Source of the DNA: Dehalococcoidia bacterium
Lineage (GTDB): Bacteria > Chloroflexota > Dehalococcoidia > UBA6926
DNA length: 64,000 bases
Direction of reading: 5' to 3'
NCBI GenBank assembly: GCA_034422835.1
Contig: DAOUJJ010000013.1
Coordinates: 12,618-76,617, forward strand
Shown one piece after another: positions 19,139 to 28,863 of this stretch. The translations under genes and the position numbers were made by a program. How positions within the stretch are numbered: the stretch's first letter is position 1; the number at the start of each line of letters is the position of its first letter. The notes under the pieces are model-generated. The model worked only from the letters and a program-made list of their open reading frames with translations, did no database searches and was not told where the DNA came from.

Positions 19139-20921
19139 CTGACCCCCTCCCCGCCATCTCCTCCAGCACCCGCTCCATGAACTCCCCAACGGGCATCGCG
19201 CCCAGATTCTCGCTGTTCTCACGGCGACGCACAGCCACCGCACCCGACTCCGCCTCGCGGTCGCCAACGACCAGCATGTAGGGCACGTGCCTGGTCTGCG
19301 CCTCACGGATCTTCGCGTTCATACGCTCATTGCGGTCATCAATCTCAACGCGCAGCCCGACGGCGTGCAGCTGCTCCTGCACCTGCTGCGCGTAAGGGAT
19401 ATGCCGGTCTGCAATAGGGATAAGCGTCGCCTGCACCGGCGCGAGCCACACCGGGAACGCCCCCGCGTTGTGCTCCAACAGCACACCCAAAAACCGCTCC
19501 AGCGAGCCGAGGATCGCGCGATGGATCAGCACTGGCCGCTCGCGCGTGTTGTCCTCCGTCACGTATTCAAGGTCGAACCGCTCCGGCAGATTGAAGTCCA
19601 GCTGGAACGTGCTCAACTGCCACTCCCGCCGCAGCGCGTCCTGCGAGAACAGGTCGATTTTCGGCCCGTAGAACGCGCCCTCATTGGGTATCTCCTCAAA
19701 GTCGACGTCGGCAAGCGTTAGCGCCTCGCGAAGCGCCTGCTCAGCCTGATCCCAGACCTCATCGCTCCCCACGCGTTTCTCCGGTCGCAGCGACAGCGTA
19801 TAACGCGGCTCGTTCAGACCGAATGCCTGGTACACGTCCCGCATCATGCGGATCAGCGACGAGAATTCGTCCTGTATTTGGTCGAGTCGGCAGAAGATGT
19901 GGGCGTCGTCCTGCGAGAAGCTCCGTACGCGCGTCAACCCGTGTGTGACGCCGGAGCGTTCATTGCGATGCAGCCGCCCAAAGTCCGCCATACGCAACGG
20001 CAGCGCGCGGTATGAGTGCAGCTGGGATTGGTACACGATGCAGTGGCCGGGGCAGTTCATCGGCTTGACCCCGTACTCGATCTCATCCGACTGCGTCAGG
20101 TACATATTCTCCAGGTAGTTGTCGTAATGCCCCGACTGTTTCCAGAGGTCCGTCAAGAATATCTGCGGCGTGATGACCTCTTGGTAGCCGTACTTGTCGT
20201 ACAACTCCCGGATGAAATCGACCATCAGGTTGTAGACCGTCGCGCCCTTTGGCAGGAAGAACGGGCTGGCTGGCGCGATCGGGTCGAAGAAGAACAGGTC
20301 AAGCTCGCGCCCTAGCCGGCGGTGGTCCCGCCGCTCCGCCTCCGCCAACCGCTCCAGGTGCGCGTCAAGCTCCTCTTGTGTTTCGAACAGCGCCCCGTAG
20401 ATGCGCTGCAGCTGCGGATTGCTCTCATCGCCGCGCCAATACGCTCCGGCCACCCGCGTCAGCGTGAACGCCCCCGTCTTGTCCGTCGACTCCGCGTGCG
20501 GCCCCTGGCACAGATCCGTGAACTCGCGATGACTGTAGATGGAAACCGTGTCGTCCGTCAGGCTCTCGATGATCTCCACCTTGAAAGGCTGATCCGCGAA
20601 CCGCGCAAGTCCCTCGTCGCGCGGCATCTCACTCGCGACGAACGGCGCAGCAGACTTGGCGCTCTCCCGCATCCGCGCCTCGATCTCCGGCAGATCGTCC
20701 GTGGATAGCGTGCGCGGCAGCAGGAAGTCGTAGTAGAAACCGTCCTCGATGGGCGGCCCGATGCCCAGCTTCGCCTCGGGGAACATGGACAGCACGGCCT
20801 CCGCCATCATGTGCGCCGCGGAATGCCGCATCCGGATGAGCGTGTCGTTCTCGCCTGCGTAGCGCTCCTCAAGCGCGCTTCCGTCCGCGAGTGATTCTGC
20901 TTCGTGTTCCTGGTGTGACAT
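19119..20921 (-). CDS. thrS: Threonyl-tRNA synthetase
   Basis: ThrRS editing and class II catalytic motifs (HRHSAAHM…, FRLHRNERSG…). Confidence 0.9.
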   Translation of the reverse strand: MSHQEHEAESLADGSALEERYAGENDTLIRMRHSAAHMMAEAVLSMFPEAKLGIGPPIEDGFYYDFLLPRTLSTDDLPEIEARMRESAKSAAPFVASEMPRDEGLARFADQPFKVEIIESLTDDTVSIYSHREFTDLCQGPHAESTDKTGAFTLTRVAGAYWRGDESNPQLQRIYGALFETQEELDAHLERLAEAERRDHRRLGRELDLFFFDPIAPASPFFLPKGATVYNLMVDFIRELYDKYGYQEVITPQIFLTDLWKQSGHYDNYLENMYLTQSDEIEYGVKPMNCPGHCIVYQSQLHSYRALPLRMADFGRLHRNERSGVTHGLTRVRSFSQDDAHIFCRLDQIQDEFSSLIRMMRDVYQAFGLNEPRYTLSLRPEKRVGSDEVWDQAEQALREALTLADVDFEEIPNEGAFYGPKIDLFSQDALRREWQLSTFQLDFNLPERFDLEYVTEDNTRERPVLIHRAILGSLERFLGVLLEHNAGAFPVWLAPVQATLIPIADRHIPYAQQVQEQLHAVGLRVEIDDRNERMNAKIREAQTRHVPYMLVVGDREAESGAVAVRRRENSENLGAMPVGEFMERVLEEMAGRGSDNVNGS

Positions 20922-21012
20922 GCGACTTCATATCTCCTTGAGCTACTCCTATCTATAATGACGGTTGACGCGCCAAGCGTGAAAGAGGCGATTCGAGAAA
21001 GGCAGGGCCGAG

Positions 21013-21249
21013 ATGGACAAGTTAGGCTCTATGACAACGGACTGGTCACAGTGCCCGCAGGTGGAGCGGGTTCAAGGCAGGTACAGTGGTGCGTTGACGT
21101 TCCGCAACTCGCGAATGCCTGTGGAAAGCCTTATTTCAAACCTCGCTAGCGGGGCCACCGTGGAGCAATGGGCAGAGTGGTACGGGGGTGATCTTGACAT
21201 GGCCCGCGCCATTCTGGAGTTCCTTGCGGAAGATATGAGCCAGGCATGA
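21013..21249 (+). CDS. DUF433 domain protein (antitoxin-like), orphan
   Basis: DUF433 pattern (…QGRYSGALTFRNSRMPVESLISNLASGATVEQWAEWY…). Stop overlaps the start of the M42 peptidase (ATGA). Confidence 0.55.
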   Translation: MDKLGSMTTDWSQCPQVERVQGRYSGALTFRNSRMPVESLISNLASGATVEQWAEWYGGDLDMARAILEFLAEDMSQA

Positions 21250-22358
21250 CAACTGATCAGACAACCTACTCCCGCCAACGCCAACTCCTTGCGGAGCTGT
21301 CCAACGCCTTCGGGCCGACGGGCTACGAGGCCCCCGTCCGCGCCATCATGCGCCGCGAACTTGAGCCATTGACCGACGCGCTCGAAACCGACGGCATCGG
21401 TTCCCTCATCGCGCGCATCGGTGACGAAGCCGATGATGTGCCGCGCGTCATGCTCGCCGCCCACATGGATGAAGTCGGCCTCATGGTGCGCCAGATCACT
21501 GCGGAGGGTTTCCTCACCATCCAGACCCTCGGCGGCTGGCTGGATCAGGCCTTAATAAACCAGCGGTGGGTCGTCATGACCCGCAACGGCCCCATCCCCG
21601 GCCTCACCGGCATCAAGACTCCCCATGTTATGCAGCCGGACGCCCGAAACCAGGTCTTCAAGAAAGAAAGCATATTCATTGACGTGGGCGCCAGGGACAA
21701 GGAGGACGCCGAGCAGCGTCTCGCCATCCGCCCCGGCGACCCCGTCGCGCCCGACAGCCGCTTCCAGGAGATGGCCGGCGGCGAGCTCTACATCGGCAAG
21801 GCGTGGGACGACAGGGCAGGGGTAGCCGGACTCATTGAGATTGCACGCGCCCTGCGTGAATCCACAGAGCCACTCCCCGCCACCGTCTACCTCGTCGCCA
21901 CCGTCCAGGAAGAAGTCGGCCTGCGCGGCGCGCACACAAGCAGCTTTCACGTCATGCCGGACATCGGCATCAACCTTGAATCCGGCGTCGCGGGCGACTA
22001 CCCCGGCATCACCAAAGACGAGGCACAGGAAGAACTTGGCAAAGGCCCGACGGTCTTCCTCCATGACAGCTCCATGATCCCCAACCTCCGTCTCCGCGAT
22101 TTCTTTGTCGATGCAGCCGCCGAACTCGAGATACCGCTGCAATTCAACGTCCTCAGTGGCTACGGACAGGACGGCGCGGAGATGCAGAAAGCCGGGTCCG
22201 GCGCCCCCTCCATCAACATCGCCGTCCCCACCCGATACCTTCACAGCCACAACAGCGTCATCCACCGCGACGATTTCTCCAACGCCGTCCGCCTGGTCAC
22301 AGAAGTCGTCCGCCGCCTCACCCCCGAAACCGTCTCAGCCCTAACCACCTTCGACTAG
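21246..22358 (+). CDS. M42 family metallo-aminopeptidase (FrvX/TET-like)
   Basis: AHMDEVG, KAWDDRAG and EEVGLRGA motifs. Confidence 0.8.
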   Translation: MTTDQTTYSRQRQLLAELSNAFGPTGYEAPVRAIMRRELEPLTDALETDGIGSLIARIGDEADDVPRVMLAAHMDEVGLMVRQITAEGFLTIQTLGGWLDQALINQRWVVMTRNGPIPGLTGIKTPHVMQPDARNQVFKKESIFIDVGARDKEDAEQRLAIRPGDPVAPDSRFQEMAGGELYIGKAWDDRAGVAGLIEIARALRESTEPLPATVYLVATVQEEVGLRGAHTSSFHVMPDIGINLESGVAGDYPGITKDEAQEELGKGPTVFLHDSSMIPNLRLRDFFVDAAAELEIPLQFNVLSGYGQDGAEMQKAGSGAPSINIAVPTRYLHSHNSVIHRDDFSNAVRLVTEVVRRLTPETVSALTTFD

Positions 22359-22366
22359 CCCCCCCC

Positions 22367-22514
22367 CGCTCACCCTGAGCCTGTCGAAGGGCACCCTCCG
22401 TCATTCCCGCCCCTCTCCCGTCATTCCCGCGCAGGCGGGAATCTGAATCGTATTGTGCAGCCCAACCCCGTAACGCCATTCCTGTCATTCTGAGCGCAGC
22501 CGAGGAATCTAAAG
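22367..22514. repeat. Palindromic repeat cluster (family 1, family 2 GTCATTCCCGCGCAGGCGGGAATC, family 4 GTCATTCTGAGCGCAGCCGAGGAATCTAAAG)
   Basis: Directly downstream of the M42 peptidase stop. Confidence 0.8.
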
Positions 22515-22656
22515 ACTCCGGTTCGCCAGGCAACTCTTGTTATTCGAGGGTTGCGCGTCCGCACGGACTCTCTACACTGGTGCCCATGAGAGCCTTGCCC
22601 AACCTCTTCGACGTGATGGCCATATACGCCCTGTATCAGGGCAGGTGACGGATACG

Positions 22657-23190
22657 ATGTGGATAAGAAGAGTTGCTTTGCTGGGCGCAACCCTGCTGGC
22701 GTTGTCCTTCTTCTCGCTTCTCGCAGCCTGTGATGACGGAGATATATCCACACCTACTGTGATACCTACCCCGGAACCAACCCTGCCTTATAACCTTGAG
22801 GCCGAAAGGTCGCAGCTTGCCCACTCCAAGCACGCTTGGGAGCGCGACGGCCCGTACGACTATACCTTTGAGGCTGAGGCTTCGTGCAATTGTCCAGCAC
22901 CAAGAACGCCCTTCAGGATAACGGTCAGAGTGGGAGCCATTGAGTCAATGACGAATCTCAACACCGGCGAAGTGGTAACCGATGTACCCTGGCCCTTTCA
23001 GACTATCCACGAATTGTTTGATGAAATTGGATACTATTTGCATCGTGATCCGCCAGCCGCGTATATTTCCGTAGCATACCATCCTCGGTTGCGTTATCCC
23101 GTGTACATTGGTGTAGACCGCTCAGCGGACATGATTGATGATGAATATCGTTTGGTAATTACCTCGTTCAAGCCATTAGACCGTTCTTAG
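22657..23190 (+). CDS. Hypothetical lipoprotein
   Basis: Signal peptide plus lipobox LLAAC. The track ORF starts at 22537 but the upstream part overlaps a repeat. Confidence 0.45.
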   Translation: MWIRRVALLGATLLALSFFSLLAACDDGDISTPTVIPTPEPTLPYNLEAERSQLAHSKHAWERDGPYDYTFEAEASCNCPAPRTPFRITVRVGAIESMTNLNTGEVVTDVPWPFQTIHELFDEIGYYLHRDPPAAYISVAYHPRLRYPVYIGVDRSADMIDDEYRLVITSFKPLDRS

Positions 23191-23351
23191 GCCACAACGG
23201 CGCCGATACCGTGATTGATCTGCTTCCCGTGGCCCCAACGGTGGTAGGGACACCCCGCAGGCAAGGCAGGCAAGCGCGTCGCGGGCGCAGCCTTTATGAT
23301 GAAACCAAACTTGGCTACTGGAGTTTGACAGTGCCTCTTATTCCCAAAGTG

Positions 23352-24800
23352 ATGAGCACCCAGCACCCGGACAACGCTGCGGCGCCCGCCTATGCCGTTG
23401 ACGGAGTCATCAAGGGCGACGGCGAAATCATCGAAGCCGTCGACGCCTTCGGACTCGGCTGCGATGAGCAGATGTGGGACTCGGAAGGCAAGGACACTGA
23501 TACCCACGTCGTCCAGAAACTGCTGAGCAACTACTCCGACTTCTTCCGCGAGGAGCGCCGGTTGGGACGCGACACCGTCATCACCCTGCGCGTCCCCAAC
23601 CCCGCCATCGAGGTTGAGATGCGGAAACTGATGGTGGAGGCGCTGCAGAGCATCCCCACCGCCTTCGACGTGGCCCGTGAGTTCTATGGCGGTGACCCGG
23701 AGCCGCCCATACAGGAGATCATTCTTCCCTTCACCTCGTCCGCCAACGAACTCTCTCGCATTGTGGCGTACTACGAGAACTTCATCGTCGGACAGGAATC
23801 ACGCGCTCTCCTGGATGACGTATCCGTTCGTGATTGGATAGGCGAATTCCTCCCGAAGCGCATTCGCGTTATCCCGCTCGTGGAGGAGCGCGATCAGATG
23901 CTCCACGTCGATGACATCGTCCGGGAGTACCTGCAGGAGCGGGAGGAACCCTACCAGCGTGTCTTCCTGGCCCGCAGCGACCCTGCCCTGAACTACGGTA
24001 TGGTCGGCGCGGAAATCCTGCTCAAGGCCGCTCTCTACCGCGTTGACCGGCTCGCGCAGGAGACCGGCATTCCGATGTACCCAATCATTGGCGCCGGCTC
24101 CGTGCCGTTCCGTGGACACTTGAAACCCACCAACACGGCGCGGGCCTTCCGTGAATACCCCAGCGTCCACACGCTCACCGTGCAGTCTGCATTCAAATTT
24201 GACTACCCCCGGGATGACGTGACGTCGGGCATCGCCGAAATCCAGGCCCACGAGCAAACGCCCGCGCACCCTATTGATGAAGAACGCGCCATCGCCATCC
24301 TCGATAAGGCCGCTGCGGAATACCAAAGGCAGGTGAGGAACCTTGCCCCCACAATCGCCGCAGTCTCCGCCCTCTCACCGCGGAGGCGAGAGCGCAAACT
24401 GCACGTGGGACTATTCGGCTACGGCCGCTCGCTCTCCGGCTCAGACGACGTGACGCTGCCCCGCGCTATCGCCTTTACCACCGCCCTCTATTCGATAGGC
24501 GTTCCGCCGGAATTGCTCGGACTCGCCGCCCTTGACCAGGACGATTTCGCCTACCTGCGAGAGATATACCCGAGCTTTACGGAAGACCTCGCCACGGCGC
24601 TCCGCTACGCGAACGAGACACGCGTCAACCAACTGCTCGGCGACAACTATCGACGACTGCTGGTGCGCTTCACGGAAGAGATCGACCGCATTCACGAGGG
24701 ACTCACCACGGCGGTCTGGGCGAGCCTTGAGCAAGGCGCCACAGGGCGCGTGTCGCAATACATCGCGGAAGCGGGAGAACTCCGGCACTTCCTGGGCTGA
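23352..24800 (+). CDS. Archaeal-type phosphoenolpyruvate carboxylase
   Basis: N-terminus MSTQHPDNA is the hallmark of atPEPC; ~480 aa. The track ORF starts at 23211. Confidence 0.7.
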   Translation: MSTQHPDNAAAPAYAVDGVIKGDGEIIEAVDAFGLGCDEQMWDSEGKDTDTHVVQKLLSNYSDFFREERRLGRDTVITLRVPNPAIEVEMRKLMVEALQSIPTAFDVAREFYGGDPEPPIQEIILPFTSSANELSRIVAYYENFIVGQESRALLDDVSVRDWIGEFLPKRIRVIPLVEERDQMLHVDDIVREYLQEREEPYQRVFLARSDPALNYGMVGAEILLKAALYRVDRLAQETGIPMYPIIGAGSVPFRGHLKPTNTARAFREYPSVHTLTVQSAFKFDYPRDDVTSGIAEIQAHEQTPAHPIDEERAIAILDKAAAEYQRQVRNLAPTIAAVSALSPRRRERKLHVGLFGYGRSLSGSDDVTLPRAIAFTTALYSIGVPPELLGLAALDQDDFAYLREIYPSFTEDLATALRYANETRVNQLLGDNYRRLLVRFTEEIDRIHEGLTTAVWASLEQGATGRVSQYIAEAGELRHFLG

Positions 24801-25049
24801 ACCCGAACCGCAACCCAACCCGTATTGACAGGAAGGGGAATCGGGCGCATAGTTGAATCCGTTATCGGGGTCGGTATCGGCATGTGACCGCCCCGGTTGG
24901 TTGGAGACAATTCCCTATGACAAGAGACGTGGCAGCGCGTTTTGCATTGCATATGGATGCGCGCGAGCGCGTCGAGTGATCGTTGGGGAATGAAGCAGGC
25001 GTGAATCGCCCCCCGAGATTTTCCGGCGGGGCAGGCCATTTGAGGTTGC

Positions 25050-26768
25050 ATGGCAAAGTACGTCTTTGTGACCGGCGGCGTCGTTAGTTCCATCGGGAAG
25101 GGCATCACCGCCGCCGCCATCGGTCGGCTCTTCACAAGCCGCGGCATCAGGGTCGCAGTTCAGAAGCTCGATCCGTATCTGAACGTCGACCCCGGCACCA
25201 TGTCCCCCTATCAGCACGGCGAGGTCTTCGTCACGCGTGACGGCGCAGAGACTGATCTTGACCTCGGCCACTATGAGAGATTCGTCGATACGGAAATGAC
25301 ACGCTCATCCAGCGTCACCGCCGGCCAGGTCTACTCCTCCGTCCTCTCCCGGGAGCGGCGCGGCGACTTTCTCGGCGGCACCATCCAGGTCGTTCCGCAC
25401 GTCACCAACTCCATCAAGAACCGCATGCGACAGATCGCGGACGAGACCAAGGCGGAGGTCATCATCATCGAAGTCGGCGGCACCGTTGGCGACATTGAGG
25501 GCCAGCCGTTCCTTGAGGCCATCCGCCAGGTTCGCAACGAGGTGGGACGCGCCGATGCCATCTTCGTCCACGTCACCTATCTCCCTTATCTCCACGCCAC
25601 CGGAGAACTCAAGACCAAGCCCACGCAGCACTCCGTTCGTGAGCTTGGCCGCAGCGCCGGCATCGCACCTGACGTCATCATCGCCCGCAGCGAGGTTGAG
25701 GCCGATCAGGACACAATCGAGAAGATCGCCCTGTTCTGCGACGTTGAGCCGCAGGCGGTGATTCCCCTCTCCACCGTGGACACCATCTATCGCGTCCCCC
25801 TCCTCCTTGAAGAGCGCGGCCTCGGCGGCTACCTCCTTAATAGGATGCAGCTCGCGGAGTATGCCGAGAAAGAGCCGCAGCTCGATGACTGGCGTGGTCT
25901 CGTGCATCGCTTTGAAGAGCCCAAGCCCCCCCTCACCGTCGCCATCGTCGGCAAGTACGTCGAACTGCGTGACGCCTACCTTTCTGTTAAAGAGGCCCTC
26001 ACACACTCCGGCCTTGAGATCGGCGTCGACATAGACATCGACTGGATCTCCGCCGAGGGGCTGGAGGAGGACGGCTGGGAGGCGCAGCTGGAACGCGCGC
26101 ACGGCATCGTCGTCCCCGGCGGCTTTGGCGAGCGCGGCATCGAGGGCATGATTCGCGCCGCCTCCTACGCCCGTGAACAGCGCGTCCCGTATCTTGGCCT
26201 CTGTCTCGGCATGCAGATCATGGTCATTGAATTCGCGCGAAACGTCGCCGGCCTCGCTGGCGCAAACTCCACCGAGTTTGACGTCGCAACCCGCCACCCC
26301 GTCATCCACATCATGGAAGACCAGGAGCGCGTACGCGCCAAGGGCGGCACCATGCGTCTCGGCTCATATCTCTGCCACCTCACCCCCGGCACCAACGCCG
26401 CACGCGCATACGGCAACCCCGAGACCATCGTTGAGCGCCACCGCCACCGCTTTGAATTCAACAACGCCTACCGCTCCTCCTTTAATGAGGCCGGCCTCAT
26501 CGTCAGTGGCGCATATCGTGAGCTCGATCTCGTTGAGATCTCTGAGATCCGCGACCATCCCTTCATGCTTGGCACGCAATTCCACCCCGAGTTCAGGTCG
26601 CGCCCCACCAACGCCCACCCCCTCTTCCGTGAGTTCGTCTCCGTCGCCGCCAGCATCCTCCGTGAGGGCGAACAACCGCCGCTCATCGTCGCCCAGGACG
26701 GACTCGCGCATCCCGCCCAACGATTTGACCCCACCCCCAACACCGCAGCCTCCCGTACATCCGCCTGA
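25050..26768 (+). CDS. pyrG: CTP synthase
   Basis: MAKYVFVTGGVVSSIGKGI…; glutamine amidotransferase C-terminal domain (GLCLGMQ). Confidence 0.95.
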   Translation: MAKYVFVTGGVVSSIGKGITAAAIGRLFTSRGIRVAVQKLDPYLNVDPGTMSPYQHGEVFVTRDGAETDLDLGHYERFVDTEMTRSSSVTAGQVYSSVLSRERRGDFLGGTIQVVPHVTNSIKNRMRQIADETKAEVIIIEVGGTVGDIEGQPFLEAIRQVRNEVGRADAIFVHVTYLPYLHATGELKTKPTQHSVRELGRSAGIAPDVIIARSEVEADQDTIEKIALFCDVEPQAVIPLSTVDTIYRVPLLLEERGLGGYLLNRMQLAEYAEKEPQLDDWRGLVHRFEEPKPPLTVAIVGKYVELRDAYLSVKEALTHSGLEIGVDIDIDWISAEGLEEDGWEAQLERAHGIVVPGGFGERGIEGMIRAASYAREQRVPYLGLCLGMQIMVIEFARNVAGLAGANSTEFDVATRHPVIHIMEDQERVRAKGGTMRLGSYLCHLTPGTNAARAYGNPETIVERHRHRFEFNNAYRSSFNEAGLIVSGAYRELDLVEISEIRDHPFMLGTQFHPEFRSRPTNAHPLFREFVSVAASILREGEQPPLIVAQDGLAHPAQRFDPTPNTAASRTSA

Positions 26769-26862
26769 CAAACAAACAGTCCTTTCCTTAAATAGAGAAA
26801 AAGCAAACACACACAGACAAACGCACGGGCATCCTCTCATCGCCCGCAGCAAAGGAGACATC

Positions 26863-28650
26863 GTGGACACCACAGACACCCCCAACACCGACGAGCCGCA
26901 GCGCCCCGTCACCCGGCGCGGCATCGCCCGCCCCCCTCGCACCCGACGCACAACGGCATCCGCTGCAACCGAAACCCCTCCTGAGGAAACTACTGCCGAG
27001 GAGGCCGTGGCCGACAACGGCGCAGCCCTCGTCGAAACCCCCACCGAAAACGGCGCATCCGCCCCCACTGAGGAATCCCCTTATTCCGGCGAAAGCCGGA
27101 ATCCATCGGGTACCCCCTCCATCACCGCCGGCCTACCACCCGCCACCAACACCACCACTGAAATCATCGATGACATCGAAGACGAAGCGCCGGTCGGCCC
27201 ACCCCGCCGCGCCCCTCGCCAACGCCCCGCCAACGGTGCAGGGCGGCAGCGGCGCGAACGCCCGGACCGCGGCGACCGCCCACAGCGCCCCCGCCCGCCC
27301 GCCAACGCTGCCGCTGACGGCGCCGATTCTGACTCCCAACCGCGTGAACCCCGCGTCGTTGATCTGCCGGAGCCCCTTCACCACGTCACCATCCCACAGC
27401 TTGAGGCCCTTGATCGTGACGAGGCCGCCCGCCTTGCGGAGTTCCTCAACATGCCCCCCGGCGCAGCCCTCCGCCGTGACGAGATGGTCCATCGCGCCAT
27501 CCAGCAGCTCGGTGAGCGCGGCGGCACAATCTCCGCCAGCGGCATCCTTGAGATCACCAACGACGGCTACGGTTTCATCCGCCACCGCACACTCCGCCAC
27601 AACATCAACGATGTGTACGTCGCCCAGTCGCAGATCCGCCGCTTCAGCCTCCGCACCGGCGATTGGGTCACCGGCCTCGTCCGCTCTCCCAAGAGCGGCG
27701 AGAAATACTACGGCCTCCTCCGCGTTGACACCGTCACCGGCCAGGAACCCGAGATCTCCCGCCGCCGCCCCGTCTTTGACCAGCTCACCGCCCTCTTCCC
27801 CGATCGACTCTACGATCTTGAGACGAATCAGAAGGCCGTCGCCGCCCGCCTCCTCAATCTCATCGCCCCCATCGGCTTTGGGCAGCGCGCGTTGATCGTC
27901 TCCCCCCCCAAGGCCGGCAAGACCATCCTCCTCCACCAGATCGCGGACGCCATCGCCTCCCAATACCCCTCAACACACATCATGGCCGCTCTCATCGGCG
28001 AGCGGCCCGAGGAGGTCACCGATTGGGAGCGCACCGTTAAAGGAGCGGAGGTCATGGCATCCACCTTTGACGAGCCCGTTGAAGAGCACACCCGCGTCGC
28101 GGAGCTCGTTCTCGCGCGCGCCAAGCGGCTCGTCGAGGCCGGGCAGGATGTCGTCATCCTTCTCGATTCCATCACCCGCCTCGCCCGCGCCTACAACATC
28201 GCCGCCCCATCCAGCGGACGCACCCTCTCCGGCGGCATGGACCCCGTCGCGCTGTATCCCCCCAAGCACTTCTTCGGCGCAGCCCGCAACACCGAGGAAT
28301 CCGGCACCCTCACCATCGTCGCCACTTGCCTGGTTGACACCGGATCGCGGCTTGATGATGTCATCTACGAAGAGTTCAAGGGCACCGGCAACATGGAAGT
28401 CCACCTGGACCGCAAACTCGCCGAGCGCCGCATCTACCCCGCCATAGACGTCCTCAAGTCCGGCACCCGCCGTGACGAGCGGCTCTACGACAACAAGACC
28501 TACCGCGGCATCGTCACGCTCAGGCGCATGATGGCCATGCTCTCCAACTCCAACCTGGACGCATCCGACGCCACAGAGCGCATCCTCGATCGCATCAGCA
28601 AAACCAAGACCAACGCCGAATTCATAGCCACCCTCTCCCGCGAAATCTAA
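26863..28650 (+). CDS. rho: Transcription termination factor Rho with ~200-aa Arg/Pro/Thr-rich N-terminal extension
   Basis: Rho RNA-binding and ATPase motifs (GYGFIR…, PPKAGKT…). GTG start 6 nt after RBS AAAGGAG. The track ORF 26173.. begins inside pyrG in another frame. Confidence 0.85.
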   Translation: MDTTDTPNTDEPQRPVTRRGIARPPRTRRTTASAATETPPEETTAEEAVADNGAALVETPTENGASAPTEESPYSGESRNPSGTPSITAGLPPATNTTTEIIDDIEDEAPVGPPRRAPRQRPANGAGRQRRERPDRGDRPQRPRPPANAAADGADSDSQPREPRVVDLPEPLHHVTIPQLEALDRDEAARLAEFLNMPPGAALRRDEMVHRAIQQLGERGGTISASGILEITNDGYGFIRHRTLRHNINDVYVAQSQIRRFSLRTGDWVTGLVRSPKSGEKYYGLLRVDTVTGQEPEISRRRPVFDQLTALFPDRLYDLETNQKAVAARLLNLIAPIGFGQRALIVSPPKAGKTILLHQIADAIASQYPSTHIMAALIGERPEEVTDWERTVKGAEVMASTFDEPVEEHTRVAELVLARAKRLVEAGQDVVILLDSITRLARAYNIAAPSSGRTLSGGMDPVALYPPKHFFGAARNTEESGTLTIVATCLVDTGSRLDDVIYEEFKGTGNMEVHLDRKLAERRIYPAIDVLKSGTRRDERLYDNKTYRGIVTLRRMMAMLSNSNLDASDATERILDRISKTKTNAEFIATLSREI

Positions 28651-28659
28651 CCCCCACAC

Positions 28660-28863
28660 GTGGCCAGGAAATACAGAGACGCCATTCGCCTCATCCAGCA
28701 GGACGGCTGGTATTATTCGTACAGCACCGGCGGGCATGACCACTACCGCCATGCCGTCAAACGCGGCAAGGTGACCGTTGACGGACGTCCCGGCGAAGAC
28801 ATCCGCCGAAAGCGTTGGGCATATATCATGAGGCAGGCAGGACTCAGGGAGCGATACTCATGA
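28660..28863 (+). CDS. hicA: HicA family mRNA-interferase toxin
   Basis: …DGWYYSYSTGGHDHYRH…GKVTVDGR…IMRQAGL matches the HicA consensus. Confidence 0.75.
   Translation: MARKYRDAIRLIQQDGWYYSYSTGGHDHYRHAVKRGKVTVDGRPGEDIRRKRWAYIMRQAGLRERYS

Noticed and set aside
20922-21012. T-box or other leader RNA upstream of thrS, and ORF 20958..21149.
   Set aside because: No specifier or T-box consensus could be recognised by eye. The 63-aa ORF overlaps the better-supported DUF433 gene in another frame.
26173-26862. The 5' 230 codons of track ORF 26173..28650, which would give an 825-aa Rho.
   Set aside because: They overlap the pyrG 3' half in another frame. A GTG with a strong RBS at 26863, right after the pyrG stop, gives a sensible Rho.
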